Part shown: positions 50,301-63,562 of the stretch, one piece after another
Layout: each line of letters begins with the position of its first letter
Position numbering within the stretch: the first letter of the stretch is position 1
Origin: Haliotis rufescens
Taxonomy: Eukaryota
NCBI RefSeq assembly: GCF_023055435.1
Contig: NW_025963791.1
Coordinates: 37,572,001-37,636,000 of the forward strand
Reading direction: 5' to 3'
Length of the DNA stretch: 64,000 bases
The notes under the pieces: generated by a model
What the model was told of the DNA's origin: nothing
Databases searched by the model: none
What the model saw: the letters and a program-made list of their open reading frames with translations, nothing else
Translations under genes and position numbers: made by a program

Positions 50301-53300
50301 TACTGTAATCGGTTGTTTCAAGCGTGTTTTAATGCAGTGTCGTTTCCAGCGTGTTTTACTGTAATCGGTTGTTTTCAGCGTGTTTTACTGTAATTGGTTG
50401 TTTCCAGCGTGTTTTGCTAGATCGGTTGTTTCAAGCGTGTTTTAATGCAGTGTCGTTTCCAGCGTGTTTTACTGTAATCGGTTGTTTTCAGCGTGTTTTA
50501 CTGTAATTGGTTGTTTCCAGCGTGTTTTGCTAGATCGGTTGTTTCAAGCGTGTTTTAATGCAGTGTCGTTTCCAGTTGTTTTTCTGTAATCGGTTGTTTC
50601 CAGCGTGTTTTAATGCAATCGGTTGTTTTCAGTGTGTTTTGATGAAACCGGTTGTTTCCAGTGTGTTTGATGCAGTGTCGTTTCCAGCATGTTTTACTGT
50701 AATCGGTTGTTTCCAGCGTGTTTTAAGGCAGTGTCGTTTCCAGCAAGTTTTACTGTAATCGGTTGTTTCCAGCATGTTTATCTGTAATTTGTTGTATCCA
50801 GCGTGTTTTACTGAAATCGGTTGTTTCAAGCGTGTTTTAATGCAGTGTCGTTTCCAGTGTGTTTTAATTCAGTGTCATTTCCAGCGTGTTTTTCTGTAAT
50901 CGGTTGTTTCCAGCGTGTTTTACTGTAATCGGTTGTTTCCAGCGTGTTTTACTGTAATCGGTTGTTTCCAGCGTGTTTTTCTGTAATCGGTCGTTCCAGC
51001 GTGTTTTAATGCAGTGTCATTTCCAGCGCGTTTTAATGCAGTGTCGTTTCCAACGTGTTTTACTGTAATCGGTTGTTACCAGCGTGTTTTTAATGCAGTG
51101 TCTTTTCCAGCGTGTTTTACTGTAATCGGTTGTTTCCAGCGTGTTTTAATGCAGTGACGTTTCCAGCGTGTTTTACTATAATCGGTTGTTTCCAGTGTGG
51201 TTTACTGTAATCGGTTGTTTCAAGCGAGTTTTACTGAAATCGGTTGTTTCCAGCGTGTTTTAATGCAGTGTCGTTTCCAGCGTGTAACCGGTGGGGCAGT
51301 ATATGATCCTTCCCTTTCCTTTAGATAGGTTTAGTACTTCATATAAGAGATCAGAATGAGTTATTGTTGTACTTACCATCCATGGAAACGAATGAGGTGT
51401 TGCTATTTGCCCTCCAACAATTCGTTTGTTGTTTCCTTTAGGAAGGGTTGAGTAATCAAAACCGACACTATTTGTACCACACCCTGGAGAATCCACATCA
51501 CTGAATATCCCTGTAATTGAAGATGTAAAGGCACATAATACGTACGCATCATGTTGCCTTGGTAATCGAGCAAGTAAGTTTACCGATCATTATCACATAC
51601 GTCTAAGCACAAGTGTTGCATCTACCAGAGCTTAGACTGTCGCAGGTGTGGATATGCATACGGACATTGTAGTTTGAGGATGACCTGTCTTTGTCCCGTT
51701 GCAGAAAAAATGCAAACTAACGAAATGCAAATGTGTATGAGTCTCTGGGCCTTCAGAGATCCGTTCCACTAGGCGATCTTAGAAAAACGACTGTCCTATC
51801 CCCCGAACGTTGACATAGACTTACAATAGCAATAGAGCTGATATTGCTTTTGTGGAATAGGCCAAAGGGCCTTTGCAATATGAGAATTTTGAGAGAAATG
51901 CTTATTTACTTGGTCTTCTTGTCCTTGTATTTGACGTATGGGTCAAACAGCTAATACAGAATGTTGTCTCTGTCATTCAGGCAATGATTCAGTAGTTAAA
52001 CTGAAAGTTTTTTTTTAAATCCTACCCAATGCCTTTTTACAGCACAACTTTTAGTAAAGCACATATCTCAAACCGGACACCAGACACATGTCAAAGCTTC
52101 AATGATAACAAGCAGTACAAACAATAACAACCATTCTAAAATACTTTGCTTAAAGATCAAAGGCTCAAGTTGTACTTTATCCTGCGATATTTATCAGATC
52201 TTAACGGTTGCATGCTTGTCACGTGCTGTGCACCAATGTATGTCACGTGCATAGACAAAGTTTCACTGAGGAAATTGTATTTGAAGTCACACACGTGATC
52301 TATAAAGATAGCAAGGGTAGATTCTGCCAAATTTTCGTCAAAGGTTGAATTCAGGGCTGTTATTAGGTACCTCTACTTTAAAGGGAAACCGGGAAAGGAG
52401 ATACATGATGAATTGTCAGATGTTTATGGTGACAGTGCACCTTCGTATGCACAGGTCAAATTCTGGGTTGCAGAATTTAAGAGGGGTCGGGTGAACCTGG
52501 AAGATGAGCCACGCCCTGGAAGGCCTGTAGAGGTGACCAATGACCAAACCAGTGAAACTGTGAGACAACTGGTTGTCAAAGACAGGCGAATGAAGGTGTC
52601 AGAAATGGCCAAGGCCTTGGACATTTCAGAGGGTAAATGTCCATACCATTTTGCATGATCGTGTGGATATGAGGAAGCTGTCTGCCCGATGGGTCCCGAA
52701 ATGTCTGAGTGATGATCAGAAGGCTGCACGTGCGTCAATGTGTCAGGCACTTTTGACGCAATGCAGTGGGGATGCAGACAACTTTATGGAGAGAATTGTT
52801 ACAGGTGATGAAACCTCGGTACACCACTATGACTCAGAAACCAAAGAAGAGAGTAAGCAGTGGACTGGCTTTGCTTCACCCCGTCCCAAAAAGTTTAAGA
52901 CTCAACCATCGGCTGGCAAAGTCATGGCACCCATCTTTTGGGATACCAAAGGGGTCTTGCTCATTGACTACTTGCCACGTGGCCAGACTATTACTGGAGA
53001 GTACTACTCCGATCTCCTGGACGGTTTGCGGACTGCTATTCTTGCCAAACGTCGTGGAAAGATCCCAAAAGGTGTGCTGCTCCAACATGATAATGCCAGA
53101 GTGCACACCTGTCGACTTGCCGCAGTGAAGCGGAACGGGTTCAAAGTATTGCCTCATCCACCTTACTCACCAGACCTGGCACCAAGCGACTACTTTCTCT
53201 TCCCAAACTTGAAGAAAGAACTGCGTGGACGTCATTTCCGGTCCGATGATGAACTTACGACCCCATGGTTTCTATCACAACGGGCTTTTAGCTCTCACAC

Positions 53301-53839
53301 ATCGCTGGACAAAGTGCATAGACCTCAATGGTGATTATGTGGAAAAAGAAGAAGTGAGGAGCAGTAGCAAATAGGTTAGGCTGGTTATATATTGAATGGC
53401 CCTCGTATTGGCGATGTAATGAGCAGTATGTTCCACATGATATGGCCCACAACATCCAGATTGTCCAGGTTAAGATGACACATTTTTATTCAGCTGTATC
53501 GAGAACTACCACTCCTAAACCCCACTCCCATCCCCTCAAATGGCCGGCCCCTAACAATTCATCAAATACAGATAGATACATACACCTGCTCATATTATAT
53601 CGAAGGTTATCCGTAGGCGAACATTTTACATGTTTGGTTATTAATTGACAACATAATATCTTTGCGAATTAGTTGTGTGAATATTTTATTGACGGTGGAT
53701 CAAATCATGAATTGTTTTCTCATTCAACCCTGTTTTTAAAAAAAACAAATGTCAATAACTAAGCTCTAAATTAAGCAATAGTTTGTATTTGCTCACCTGT
53801 AAACATCGACCCCAATATGAAACAGAGTATTAGTGCCAT
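44379..53839 (-). CDS. Secreted trypsin-like serine protease (peptidase S1A), 7 coding exons, 280 aa (protease B)
   Basis: Exons 53839-53797 (MALILCFILGSMFT), 51510-51377 (..NKR-IVGG..FPWM), 49701-49604 (CGGSL..TGAHC), 47192-46927 (YDTGLM..GWG), 45882-45740 (MLCAG..DSCK), 45099-45045 (LDSGGP), 44482-44379 (VSWGFGCA..PAVY). All junctions are GT-AG and the total is 843 nt. Exons 3, 4 and 6 have the same lengths as in protease A (98, 266, 55). Confidence 0.88.
47355..49640. repeat. 62-63-bp minisatellite, ~36 units, in intron 3 of protease B
   Basis: Sense-strand unit GTAAGTAAAGTAACCTCTAGCAAGTGGTACATTGTATTTACTCACGGGGGCTCACTGTCTCCA. Confidence 0.95.
50165..51285. repeat. 29/27-bp minisatellite, ~39 units, in intron 2 of protease B
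   Basis: Units CAGCGTGTTTTACTGTAATCGGTTGTTTC and CAGCGTGTTTTAATGCAGTGTCGTTTC are interspersed. Confidence 0.93.
52330..53407 (+). mobile_element. Mariner-like (DD34D-type) transposon, frameshifted, in intron 1 of protease B
   Basis: Motifs WVPKCL, IVTGDET, HDNAR and HPPYSPDLAPSDY. Frameshift near 52640 and a C-terminal deletion. The right end reads ATTGAATGGCCCTCGTA. I could not find the left TIR. Confidence 0.88.
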
Positions 53840-54549
53840 AACTTCTCTATGGACAGCCTGAGAACCGAGAACCTGTGGATCGTGAACTCTTTAGGCTTGG
53901 ATTAGGCTTCAGTTTGAGGACAGATAAACACGAGACTGATTAAAAAGGCCGCGCATTGCGCTGATTCAGCATTTTATGTCATATACATAATAACAATGTT
54001 ATATATAAATAATTTTAATCCCAAAATATACCGGTGTAGTTCGGATCGCCATCCTATGAAATTTAATAACACCCACATGTGATCTAAGGCTTACACAAAT
54101 AACAGAAATTGGTGAAGATATGATATATATACATGTATATACACAATGGTGTTAAGTATTATTGAACTAACATGTTCATTACTTAACTTATTTATTTTCA
54201 AAATACCATGCCCGGTTTAGAATACGTCCCCTGTACTCTTATTACTTATTGAATGAGACTAAATTGGATCGTGGGGTTGGGCTTTCTGTCATCGTACTAC
54301 GACGGTGTTGGACGTTGGACATAATATCATCCACTGATTTGTCTGGCCAAGATTATTTAGCTGACAACAATCTCATTCACATTGGCAATACAAATATTAC
54401 GATGACCTTTCAAATGGTAAAGAAGAGGACTAGCTGCCGAACATTATTGGTAAATATCCACAATGTCGCTCGAAACTGCTCCACTTTTCAGCTCTGTCTT
54501 ACATAGTACAGTCGAATATCACATACTATTGAAACAGAGCTCTTGCATG

Positions 54550-54789
54550 ATACGGCCGGTCCAGTCGTCTAAAGCGCCGTTGTGCAGTTTGCGCCCACAT
54601 GATCGAGGGATCGATTCCGATTCGCCCAAATTGTTTCTAGGTTTGTCAGCACCATGCCGTGTTGATTGGTTTCACTTAAGGGATAATCGTCTGAGACTTG
54701 CAACACTTCGGACCGTCCTACATCAAGCTCAACCGCTGTGACATGACTTGAACTGTTCAAAGTGGCTTTAAAACCAACTCACTCACTCA
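54550..54789 (+). mobile_element. SINE family C, diverged
   Basis: GTTTCTAGGTTTGTCAGCACCAT core and AACTCACTCACTC tail. Confidence 0.6.
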
Positions 54790-54889
54790 AGAGGCGTAAG
54801 CATATACTCCGAAATGACGTCGTGTATACATGCTAAAGAAGTTGACGTCCATAATCTCTCTCTCCCTCTCTCTCCCTCTCTCTCTCATA

Positions 54890-55113
54890 TGCTTGCCGTA
54901 AAAGGCGACTATGCTTGTCGTAAGAGGCGACTAACGGGATCGGGTGGTCAGGCTCGCTGACTTGGTTGATGCATGTCATCGATCTCAATTGCGTGGATCG
55001 ATGCTCATGATATTAATCACTGGATTGTCTGGTCCAGACTCGATTATTAACAGACCGCCGTCATATAGCTGGAATATTGCTGAGCGCGGCGTTAAACCAC
55101 AAACCAACCAACC
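54890..55113 (+). mobile_element. SINE family B, 5' truncated
   Basis: Near-identical to 23750-23975. Confidence 0.8.
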
Positions 55114-55387
55114 TGGACTCACTCACTTCCTTTTACTACACATGGTCTTTGTAATCGCACTGGGCAAGTCATTTGGCACCATTTAAGGGATTTTACGTGC
55201 TCATCAGTCCGAGAATCCAATAAATATATGAAACATATCTTTCATTAAGTTCTGTTGACTGCTGTGATGATATGAGGACTTCCCGATCTTGGACGATTCA
55301 CTGTGTTGTGGCGTAGTTACTACGTAGCACAAAAAGCAAGAGCTTACACTCAAACCCTCTCTGCTGCATTTTTATAGTTTTAATCTT

Positions 55388-55404
55388 TAAATAATAATAA
55401 TAAT

Positions 55405-55441
<37 letters not shown>
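55388..55441. repeat. (AAT)n microsatellite
   Basis: Directly visible. It sits at the end of the Penelope-like relic. Confidence 0.9.
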
Positions 55442-55444
55442 TAT

Positions 55445-56150
55445 AAAGCGACAAAAGCCTTTCCATATCCAATAGAAATCTCTGCATAAAGCAGAGTCGA
55501 CAGTATGAAAATGTGTTTGTGAATCACTTGTAAATATTGATGATACCAGGTGTTCGCGAAAAGGTGATCGTATCCTGCCCCCTTTGCCACCCGTCACAAA
55601 CACATGCAAAGGCAAGTCAATTGTTCACCTGAAAAAAAACATATGGTGCAAGTCAAAATAATGAATTGCATCGGAAATGTCCTCCACACTTTTTGAAAGC
55701 TTTACTGAGGCTTTGAATGTTGTAACCTTGATCAAACAACTTGTGAAATCTTAGTAGAAAGAGCATGCTTGGTTGTATCTCAGAAGCTATGAAATGTAAG
55801 CACCAAAGGCTGTAGCTGTTGGAATATTGCTCGACATGAAGGTAAAGTTGACTATTGGAAAGTTGGAGTCATCCCTTTTGTCACACAGTCTTGTGGAGAA
55901 TGTTTTTTTCACTCTGAATCTTTATGCATAGATCTAAATATGAAACATATGATGCGGTCTGACTGGTCTCCTTTATTTCTTGTTCAGGTGGGTAAATCAT
56001 TGGAAAGGAATTGGCTATTTGATGTTTTTTGAACGATATCAGATCATCGATATACCTGAACTATGAGTTAAACTTCGTTGCCAAATTACTTGTTTGGGCT
56101 TTGCCTCCCCAAGTAGAAATTCTGATTCATATACATACAGAAACAGATTA
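55445..56150 (-). mobile_element. Penelope-like retroelement RT fragment
   Basis: Minus strand reads FRYIDDLIS, IYPPEQEIKET..SYVSYLDL and DKRDDSNFPIVNFTFMSSNIP. Disrupted. Confidence 0.7.
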
Positions 56151-56749
56151 ACTTTCTGATAGAGTGCATCTGTGTCTATTTGATAGACTCCAACCATCTC
56201 AAATCTTTCATAGTAACAGGCTCAGGCTAGGGTTAATCTTAACGTCACGAGAAAGTAGGATGTGAAAACCGTCACAGGTGAGGGATGAAGTCGCAAAACA
56301 CGGCCGACATTCACGACTTGTCACGGGGATATTCGCCGATATTCATCCTATAACGATAAGATCCTCATCGGCGTTAAGGAGACCCTGTCTGTTATCTTGC
56401 AGATGTGAAACGACAGCATGGGGTGGAATTTAACAAGGCCATACACACTGAAACATCTGTAGGTCGCAAGATGGACTATCTTCTCCCCTCCGATCTGTCA
56501 GGGTATACTCATCTTCTTCATGTACCAACTTTGCTAGCCTGCTTCATCAGATCTCGTGTGCATCTGTGTGGATATATTCAATTTGTGTGTAAAGATGTAC
56601 TTCTGTGAATAAATATATGGAACAAATACACATACAATAAATCTAGTTATGTCACATTTATATTCAATCAGGTTATGATATGTACATAATGATGTATGAC
56701 TCGTCAGGTGATGAAAGTGAACTGTGCCACAAAACATGACCTTATTCTG

Positions 56750-57150
56750 CAGACTTACAACTACATCCCAGAAGCTCCTGCATGACTTAGACGCTTGTGG
56801 TTGTGCAAACCACAAAGGGAATAAATTGCTGTACCTTTCTCAGTGAATAATTCTTTGCATGCCTCATCCACTCCTGTACAGATACTGACCCGTTCATACA
56901 TTAAGACGACAAAACGGCCAGTGACGGGCATCATGTTCTTCACGTGTTGTTTGGTTGGTATATCACCATTGCGATTGAAAGCCTATGTTGCTTCATCAAT
57001 ACACGTTCCATGTTTCCTATGCTGGTTTTCGCGTTTTCCAGCAAAGGAAAATGTCTGGTCACAGCCAGTAATTGCATGAAAAGCTGGAGTGAAAGGACCA
57101 AGGAGTCTAACAATGTCACGAACAGCCAAATATCTGAATAATTTGCCAGT
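56750..57150 (-). mobile_element. DNA transposon protein relic (Academ-like, XPG/H3TH-type motif)
   Basis: Minus strand reads PAFHAITGCDQTFSFAGK and FVVLMYE..VDEACKELFT. The family assignment is from recalled motif resemblance. Confidence 0.45.
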
Positions 57151-57563
57151 TCTAAAAGCTATCCAGAGGTAGTATATATTCTGTCGAACAATGCAATGGC
57201 CAAAACAATGACATCAGTATCAAAAGATCAAAGATATCTATCATCATGCCAAGTTTCATACATTTATCATAAATTGCACAGCTGACAATACATCTATCAT
57301 GAAACGACTGGACTGTCCAAAGTACGCATTCGAAACTTTCCATATGGTGCAATTTTTGACGCCTTCACAATTACTCAACAGTGCTGTCGACCTACAGTTA
57401 TGGCAGCTGTTTCGACAAGGAATCAGCATATCTTGTCATATCCCATAAATAATTCAAACGGGAAATTTATTTCAAACTTACATCATGGAATGCATATATC
57501 CGACATATATAAGCTAATGCGTAATGTGAATGTGACATCACCGTCTGCGATTAGTACACCACG

Positions 57564-60387
57564 ATGACTGATCACATCAACAAGTACGACTATGTCCGCT
57601 TCTCTGTTGCTGACATACATGGACGATCAAGAGGAAGAGTTGTGCCCGCACGACACGTGAAGAGCTGCTTGGAGACAGGTGTCACACTTTATGCAGGTAA
57701 CACAAACTTGTTCGAGACTATTTAATCGTGTGAATTCATATTTGTATGTATGTGCATTGTATATACAGTAAGAAAATATTCACGCAATAAAATCCAATTC
57801 CTTCACACTTTGCTGATAAAGCAAAAAACATTTTTTCGAGTTCATATCCTGAGGACAGTAGGGGTTTGCCCAAATATTGTGGTCGTATCGGAAATACTCA
57901 AATGAATCCCTTGAAATAGGTCAAGACACTAGTTTCGGGTATGCAATCACAGCGGTAATACCCAAAGGCTCTCAAAAACGTGATTGGAGTTTGGGAATAT
58001 TTTCCTCTCAGATCAAATGTCCTATAAAGAAATGGCTATAAAGTCATAAGATTGACGGTACGGATTTGTTTTTTGTGATTTTGTCGAGTGCACATTTTTA
58101 AGGGCTTTCTATATGTCTCAAACCAGGCCTCAATGTATTATGGTCGGAAGTTAAGTTTGAACCCGGTTTGCATAGGATATTATTTACTAAGATTGATTAA
58201 AGGTTTTAGAGGGTCGATGTAGGCACTGACTGAAGACCAATGATAGAGTCGCGAATATATATCACGAGAAGAATGAACTGGATTGTGAAGTCAGAATACA
58301 TATTGCTTAAATTCACCTACAAAGTGGTTCCTTTGAATCAGATAAGATGCATCGTGACGCACAGTCGTAACAAGGACGAGCTTCGCATGCCTTTCTGTCA
58401 ACTGCATGTCTGCTGACTTTGTCAGTCCTGAACATATGCCTTTCTTTTGCACATTCATGCCGCTGTCGCCAAATTCAAGCCACATAACCGCTGAGAATAT
58501 GCTTATGGATGAGTAATATTTTTGCTTCTGCATGTACGTTCAGATATGTGGTTAATATGTACATGTATATTGAATCTTTAGTTGTAACAGGTTGTACCTA
58601 CAGTTGTTTAGTAAGGCGTAGAGAATGGGCATAGTTGTGATTCAGAGAATTTAGAAAATCATTACTTTTCCAACAAACTGATAATAAATTATTGCCAACA
58701 AGACAGGAATAGACAAATTGATGGTGTTAACGAGGTGTCACCAAGCGACCATGTAAATAGACAAATGAGTTTGCTGTGAATAATCAAGTCTGGGCAAGGC
58801 AGGCCAGTGGCTGATAGCATGAGCAATATCCACAATCAGCTAAGTTCACATTGTGGCCACCTAATCCTCGTTAGTCAGCTCTTTTTTCCGGGAATCGTTG
58901 CTGTCACTTGAAACAGTGTATCGGAACCACACCAGCAACGGCTATTTTCATGTTTTCACATGGTGACCGACAGTTTGGCCTTCAAAGCAGTATTCCAGAA
59001 TTGCCAGCTATAATAACTTATGTTACTCCCTTCTTCCACATTGGCTACTTCGGCTTCATAAAAAGTGCGTGCGGTGTCCAATGTCACACAGTGTCATGGC
59101 ACAGTTTATCCGTTTCGATTGCAAGAGGGTGACTGCTTAATAAGGAAGATGATATTTTAAAAAGTCTTACCGTTTTTAAATCACATAAATGGGAGAAAAA
59201 AAATCAGCATTGATTGTCCGGTTCTTACTGATTCCTTTGCATATTTTTCAGGTTTCTTGTCCTTTGGACTCCATAATGACTTCACCCTTCCATCAGACAA
59301 GTTCAATGATGGCAGAATGCCTAAGGCCTATACACTACCTGATCTCAGTACCTTATATAATGTACCTTGGTGTGGTAATGACGACATCAAGGTGGCTGAG
59401 GTTATCTGTGAGAGCTACTGGTTAAAGGATGGATCGACACAACTTGCGTGTCCTCGATATGTTGCAAGACGACAGTTAGAAATATTGGCCAATTATGGAT
59501 TTAGCCTCTTTTCTGGATATGAAGTTGAATTTACACTGAAACGGGCTGGCGGACGGTATCCCCTTGAACCAGATTACATGCGGCAAAGATTAATAAGCAA
59601 ACATGGGGATTTTCTGTTTTACCTTGAAAAACACATGCACCAAGCAGGTGTCGACATAGGCTCTTTCCATTCAGAGTGGCAAAAAGGATTGTTTGAGCTG
59701 GTACTCCAACCGTCGTATGGCATCAAAAGTGCTGATTCGTGCATTACCTTAAAGAACGGAATTCTAGAAATAGGGGATAAGAAAGATTATTCGGTTAGTT
59801 TCAACTCCATGCAAGAATGTGGCGGAGTAGGAATGCATTTTAACCATTCTCTTTGGTCCTTATCTGGTGGCGTCAATGTGTTCCACGATCCTAACAGTGA
59901 CCATGGTCTCAGCACTTTAGGAAGACACTGGCTGGCCGGTCTCATGAAACATGCAAAGTCTCTGACTGCATTTTATTGCCCGACCAGCAACTGTTACGAT
60001 CGTTTGCACAAGCCCAATCTTCCTGGACTCATCTACTGGAGTACTGATAAACGCTCTGCTTGCGTTAAAGTCAAGTCTATGGATGCTGGGACCTATATTG
60101 AAAATCGCATTCCCAGTGGGATGAGCAACCCCTACATCACTCTGGCGGCAACCATAGCTGCAGGTCTTGATGGGATTGTGAATAAGCTGGAATGTCCTGC
60201 TGTAGACGAATTCTCAACACAATGTTGTCTTCCCCACACTCTGTCAGATGCTATTGAGGAACTTAGGGTAGATACAGATATGATCCACAGTTTGGGGGAG
60301 GAATTTATTGAATGGTTTGTAAGCACTGCGAATAAGGATATGGATGTTGATAAGATATGCAATGATATCTCAAACTACCCCATTTGA
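57564..60387 (+). CDS. Glutamine synthetase type I family / lengsin-like protein, 2 exons, 422 aa (GSL-2)
   Basis: Exon 1 is 57564-57696 and exon 2 is 59252-60387, joined by a phase-1 GT-AG intron. Clear paralogue of GSL-1 with GYEVEF, HSE..FE, GMHFNHSLW and ENRIPSGMSNPY. Confidence 0.9.
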
Positions 60388-60639
60388 AAGGTGCACGGGT
60401 TGCCCAGTGGTCTAAGTCGCCGCAATTCACCTTGCAGAGTTGCGTCCCTTGGGCACGCCAGCAACCTATGACCATGAGTTCGAATCCGGTTTGCACTGAT
60501 AAAGTTTCTAGATTTTTCAGCACGGTACCCGTGTTCGTGGGTTTCACCAAAGTGGAAAGCGTCTAAGACCTGCATCAATTCTGGCTGTCCCCCAGAAGCT
60601 AAATACTGTTCTAATCGGCATTAAACTCAACTCACTCAC
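60388..60639 (+). mobile_element. SINE family C immediately after the GSL-2 stop codon
   Basis: GGTGCACGGGTTGCCCAGTGGTCTAAG..GTTCGAATCC..AACTCACTCAC. Confidence 0.7.
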
Positions 60640-60955
60640 GCATTTCCCATAGGAAAGATACACGTCATAAAGCTCGTGTAACAAGTTTCAGTGTACGAAT
60701 AGAAAGAAGGGGACTGCCGACATATATTTAGAATATTATTGTATCAGATCCGTGTTGTCAAGCGTTACGGGTGGATAACTACACTCATGGATATCACAGG
60801 CCACAGGTCATCCCTTATACAAGAATAATGAGCGGGAAGGGTAAGGTATTCTGGGGTGGGTTTGGGGGATGTCTGCTATTATTTTTATTAAGACATTGAG
60901 CCTAAATATTTATTTATAACATTATCCTACAACACTGTATTTTTCATTGTTGAAT

Positions 60956-61118
60956 GGGGCGGTCGGGTAGCCTAGAGGTTAAAGCGTTCGCTCGTCACGC
61001 CGAAGACACGATTTCATTACCCGGCATGAGTACAATCCGTGAAGCCCATTTCTGGTGTCCCCCGCCGTGATATTGCTGAAATATTGCTAAAAGCGACGTA
61101 AAACCATACTCACTTACT
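60956..61118 (+). mobile_element. SINE family A
   Basis: Same head and tail as the copies at 13127 and 21247. Confidence 0.75.
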
Positions 61119-61239
61119 TTTTTTAAACAGAATCAATCAAAGATGATGCATATATGTTGGCAATGCTGTTACCATGCTATTCATTTAATCAAGTTCAGTT
61201 TCAATATAAGAATGTATGTCTCCATGTTCAAAATAAAAA

Positions 61240-61925
61240 TCAACAGTGGTGTCAAAAGTATCAGATGACTCAATGGGTCCCTATTCGTAGAGGATTGTAA
61301 TATTATATGTCGTGGCAACAATATGCTTGAGACTGTCGAAAGACAATTACAGCTGCGTCTTAATAACAATCGGAAATGGTCACTTGAAAATGGCTTTACG
61401 TTTTCAAAAGCCCAAATTGTATGAATTTTCTGTCAAAGATATATAGCAAAAGAAAAACTGCATTTAGATTGCACTCCTATTAATTTTGTAGAAAATTCTT
61501 GGGATCTGTTTGACGTATTCTCCCCATTGTAAATGTATAAGATTGGTTGGTTGGTTTGATGTCTAACGCCACACTCAGCAATATGCCAGTTATATGACGG
61601 CGGTCTGTAATTAATCGAGTCTGGACCAGACAATCCAGTGATTGACATCATGAGCATCGATCCACGCAATTGGGATACGATGACATGCATCAACAAAGTC
61701 AGTGAGTCTGACCACCCGATCCTGTTAATCGCCTCTTACGACAAGCATAGTCGCCTTTTACGGCAGGCACGGGTTGCTGAAGACCTATTCTACCCCGGAT
61801 CTTCTCGGGCATAAGACTAAATGACAACTCTGCCTTGTTGAATGTCTTCTCAGAGGATCAGACAACACTCAGGCACTTATACAGATCTCTGATCAGATCT
61901 TAATTTGATCATGGTTCCATTGTTT
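61240..61925 (+). mobile_element. Degenerate I/Jockey-group LINE RT fragments interrupted by a SINE
   Basis: KWSLENGFTFSK at about 61375 and LRHLYRSLIRS..DHGSIV at about 61868. Confidence 0.5.
61548..61810 (-). mobile_element. SINE family B, full length
   Basis: Reverse complement of the 23707 copy, flanked by ATAAGA direct repeats. Confidence 0.8.
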
Positions 61926-62562
61926 GTGAGTGAGTCACATCGGCAGTATTTCAGCCATATCGTGACTTGAACAAGTTATGCATCTATGGTAATAACAATG
62001 TCATCGAAGGACAGAATAATAATAACAGTTTTTACTTTAAAACTACGTTTAGAACATTTACAAATTAAACTATAACATAATTTTACAATACAAAAATGAC
62101 CTATAGTTCACAATTACAAAAAAACAAAGCGAGGCCACAATGCTAAGGATTTTGGAACATTTGCTGCCTACACTATTTCGATCCCCACAACCGCTAACCG
62201 CTCAGTTTATTATCATCTACTACCAATTTATAAATAACATATTTTCAACCCTGTGGTGGAAAGATCAATACAGTCGCACGCTTAAATGAGATTTTCACAT
62301 CACAGGGGATACAGAATAGAGGATCCTCGACTTTCAACAAATATTCATGTGTGTAACGTGAATGGCCCATACGATACGATACATATTAAATCTGGACTGA
62401 CAACCCAAGTAGGTGTAACCGGCAATCGGTTTAATTTCATATAGTTATTTATTTATACCTACATGTACTTGGGTGTCCCTCTTCTTTTAGATTAGATCTG
62501 TAGTGTAACATTTAATCACAGGTTTATTATCACTGTATGGTATCGGAAGTGGTGTCACAGAT

Positions 62563-62710
62563 TCATGAGTGCTGCTTTGCTGCAGCATCAGCCTTCGTGT
62601 TGCCAACGATTCCAACATGGCTCGTTAACAAACAAAAGACGATGCTGTATTGGCCAGTAGCAAGATTATTATGTAATTCAACGATGTCAAGTAAAATTGT
62701 ATGCTGACAC
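62563..62710 (-). mobile_element. LINE RNase H fragment
   Basis: SHVGIVGNTKADAAAK resembles the RNase H motif PSHVGI-GNE-AD-AAK. Confidence 0.6.
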
Positions 62711-63429
62711 GAATTATTATACCCGGCATGAAGTGTGGCTGGTGATATATGAACGGGGTTTGTCCGTCCGATTCTCAATGAGACATATGTTCTCAAAAAC
62801 TATAAATTTAAGATAGAAAAATGAAATTTTACACACTGTTACTGGTCAGGATCTGAAATGAAATTTGTGAAAATTGTCTTAAATTCATTTTTTACAGAGT
62901 AAGGGCTCTTCCTCTGTGCTTTTCAACTAAGTGCATACTCCATGAAATGGGGTTTTCTCAGATACTACTGAAGTTACAAATGATGGATGAAAGTTTGCAT
63001 GCTTTTCTGAGAGGAACTTGTCTAGATTGAGTTCGAAGATTGGTGCCTTACATTACACTATTGTATACTGTACTGCCAATGTAATGGCTGTGCATTAAGT
63101 TGTATTGATTTATAAACCTTGTGAATTTTGTAATACATTTGTTGATTGTAAACCACTTGTTGGTTGTTTGTTGGTTTTACACTAAATTCTTTTACGTATT
63201 ATATATTTCTGGGGGTTTACATATTGTTTCAATTTGGAAATCGACGCGTGAAAACATAGAGCGGTGATCAGTCGTAATTCGTCCTGCGCTCGACGTATAA
63301 ATGCACATATATAAATGACACGTGACGGAAGTTTGAAATGCCTGACAAGAATCAGTCATCCATGATGTCTAATACATAAATGATACGTGATGTGAATGTG
63401 AGCTCACCGTCTGCGATCAGTACACCACG

Positions 63430-63562
63430 ATGACTGATCACATCAACAAGTACGACTATGTCCGCTTCTCTGTTGCTGACATACATGGACGATCAAGAGG
63501 AAGAGTTGTGCCCGCACGACACGTGAAGAGTTGCTTAGAAACAGGTGTCACACTTTATGCAG
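63430..63562 (+). CDS. Exon 1 of a third GS-I / lengsin-like gene (GSL-3), partial; remainder beyond the window
   Basis: 133-nt exon followed by a GTAAC donor. It encodes the same 44 aa as GSL-2 exon 1. Confidence 0.8.
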
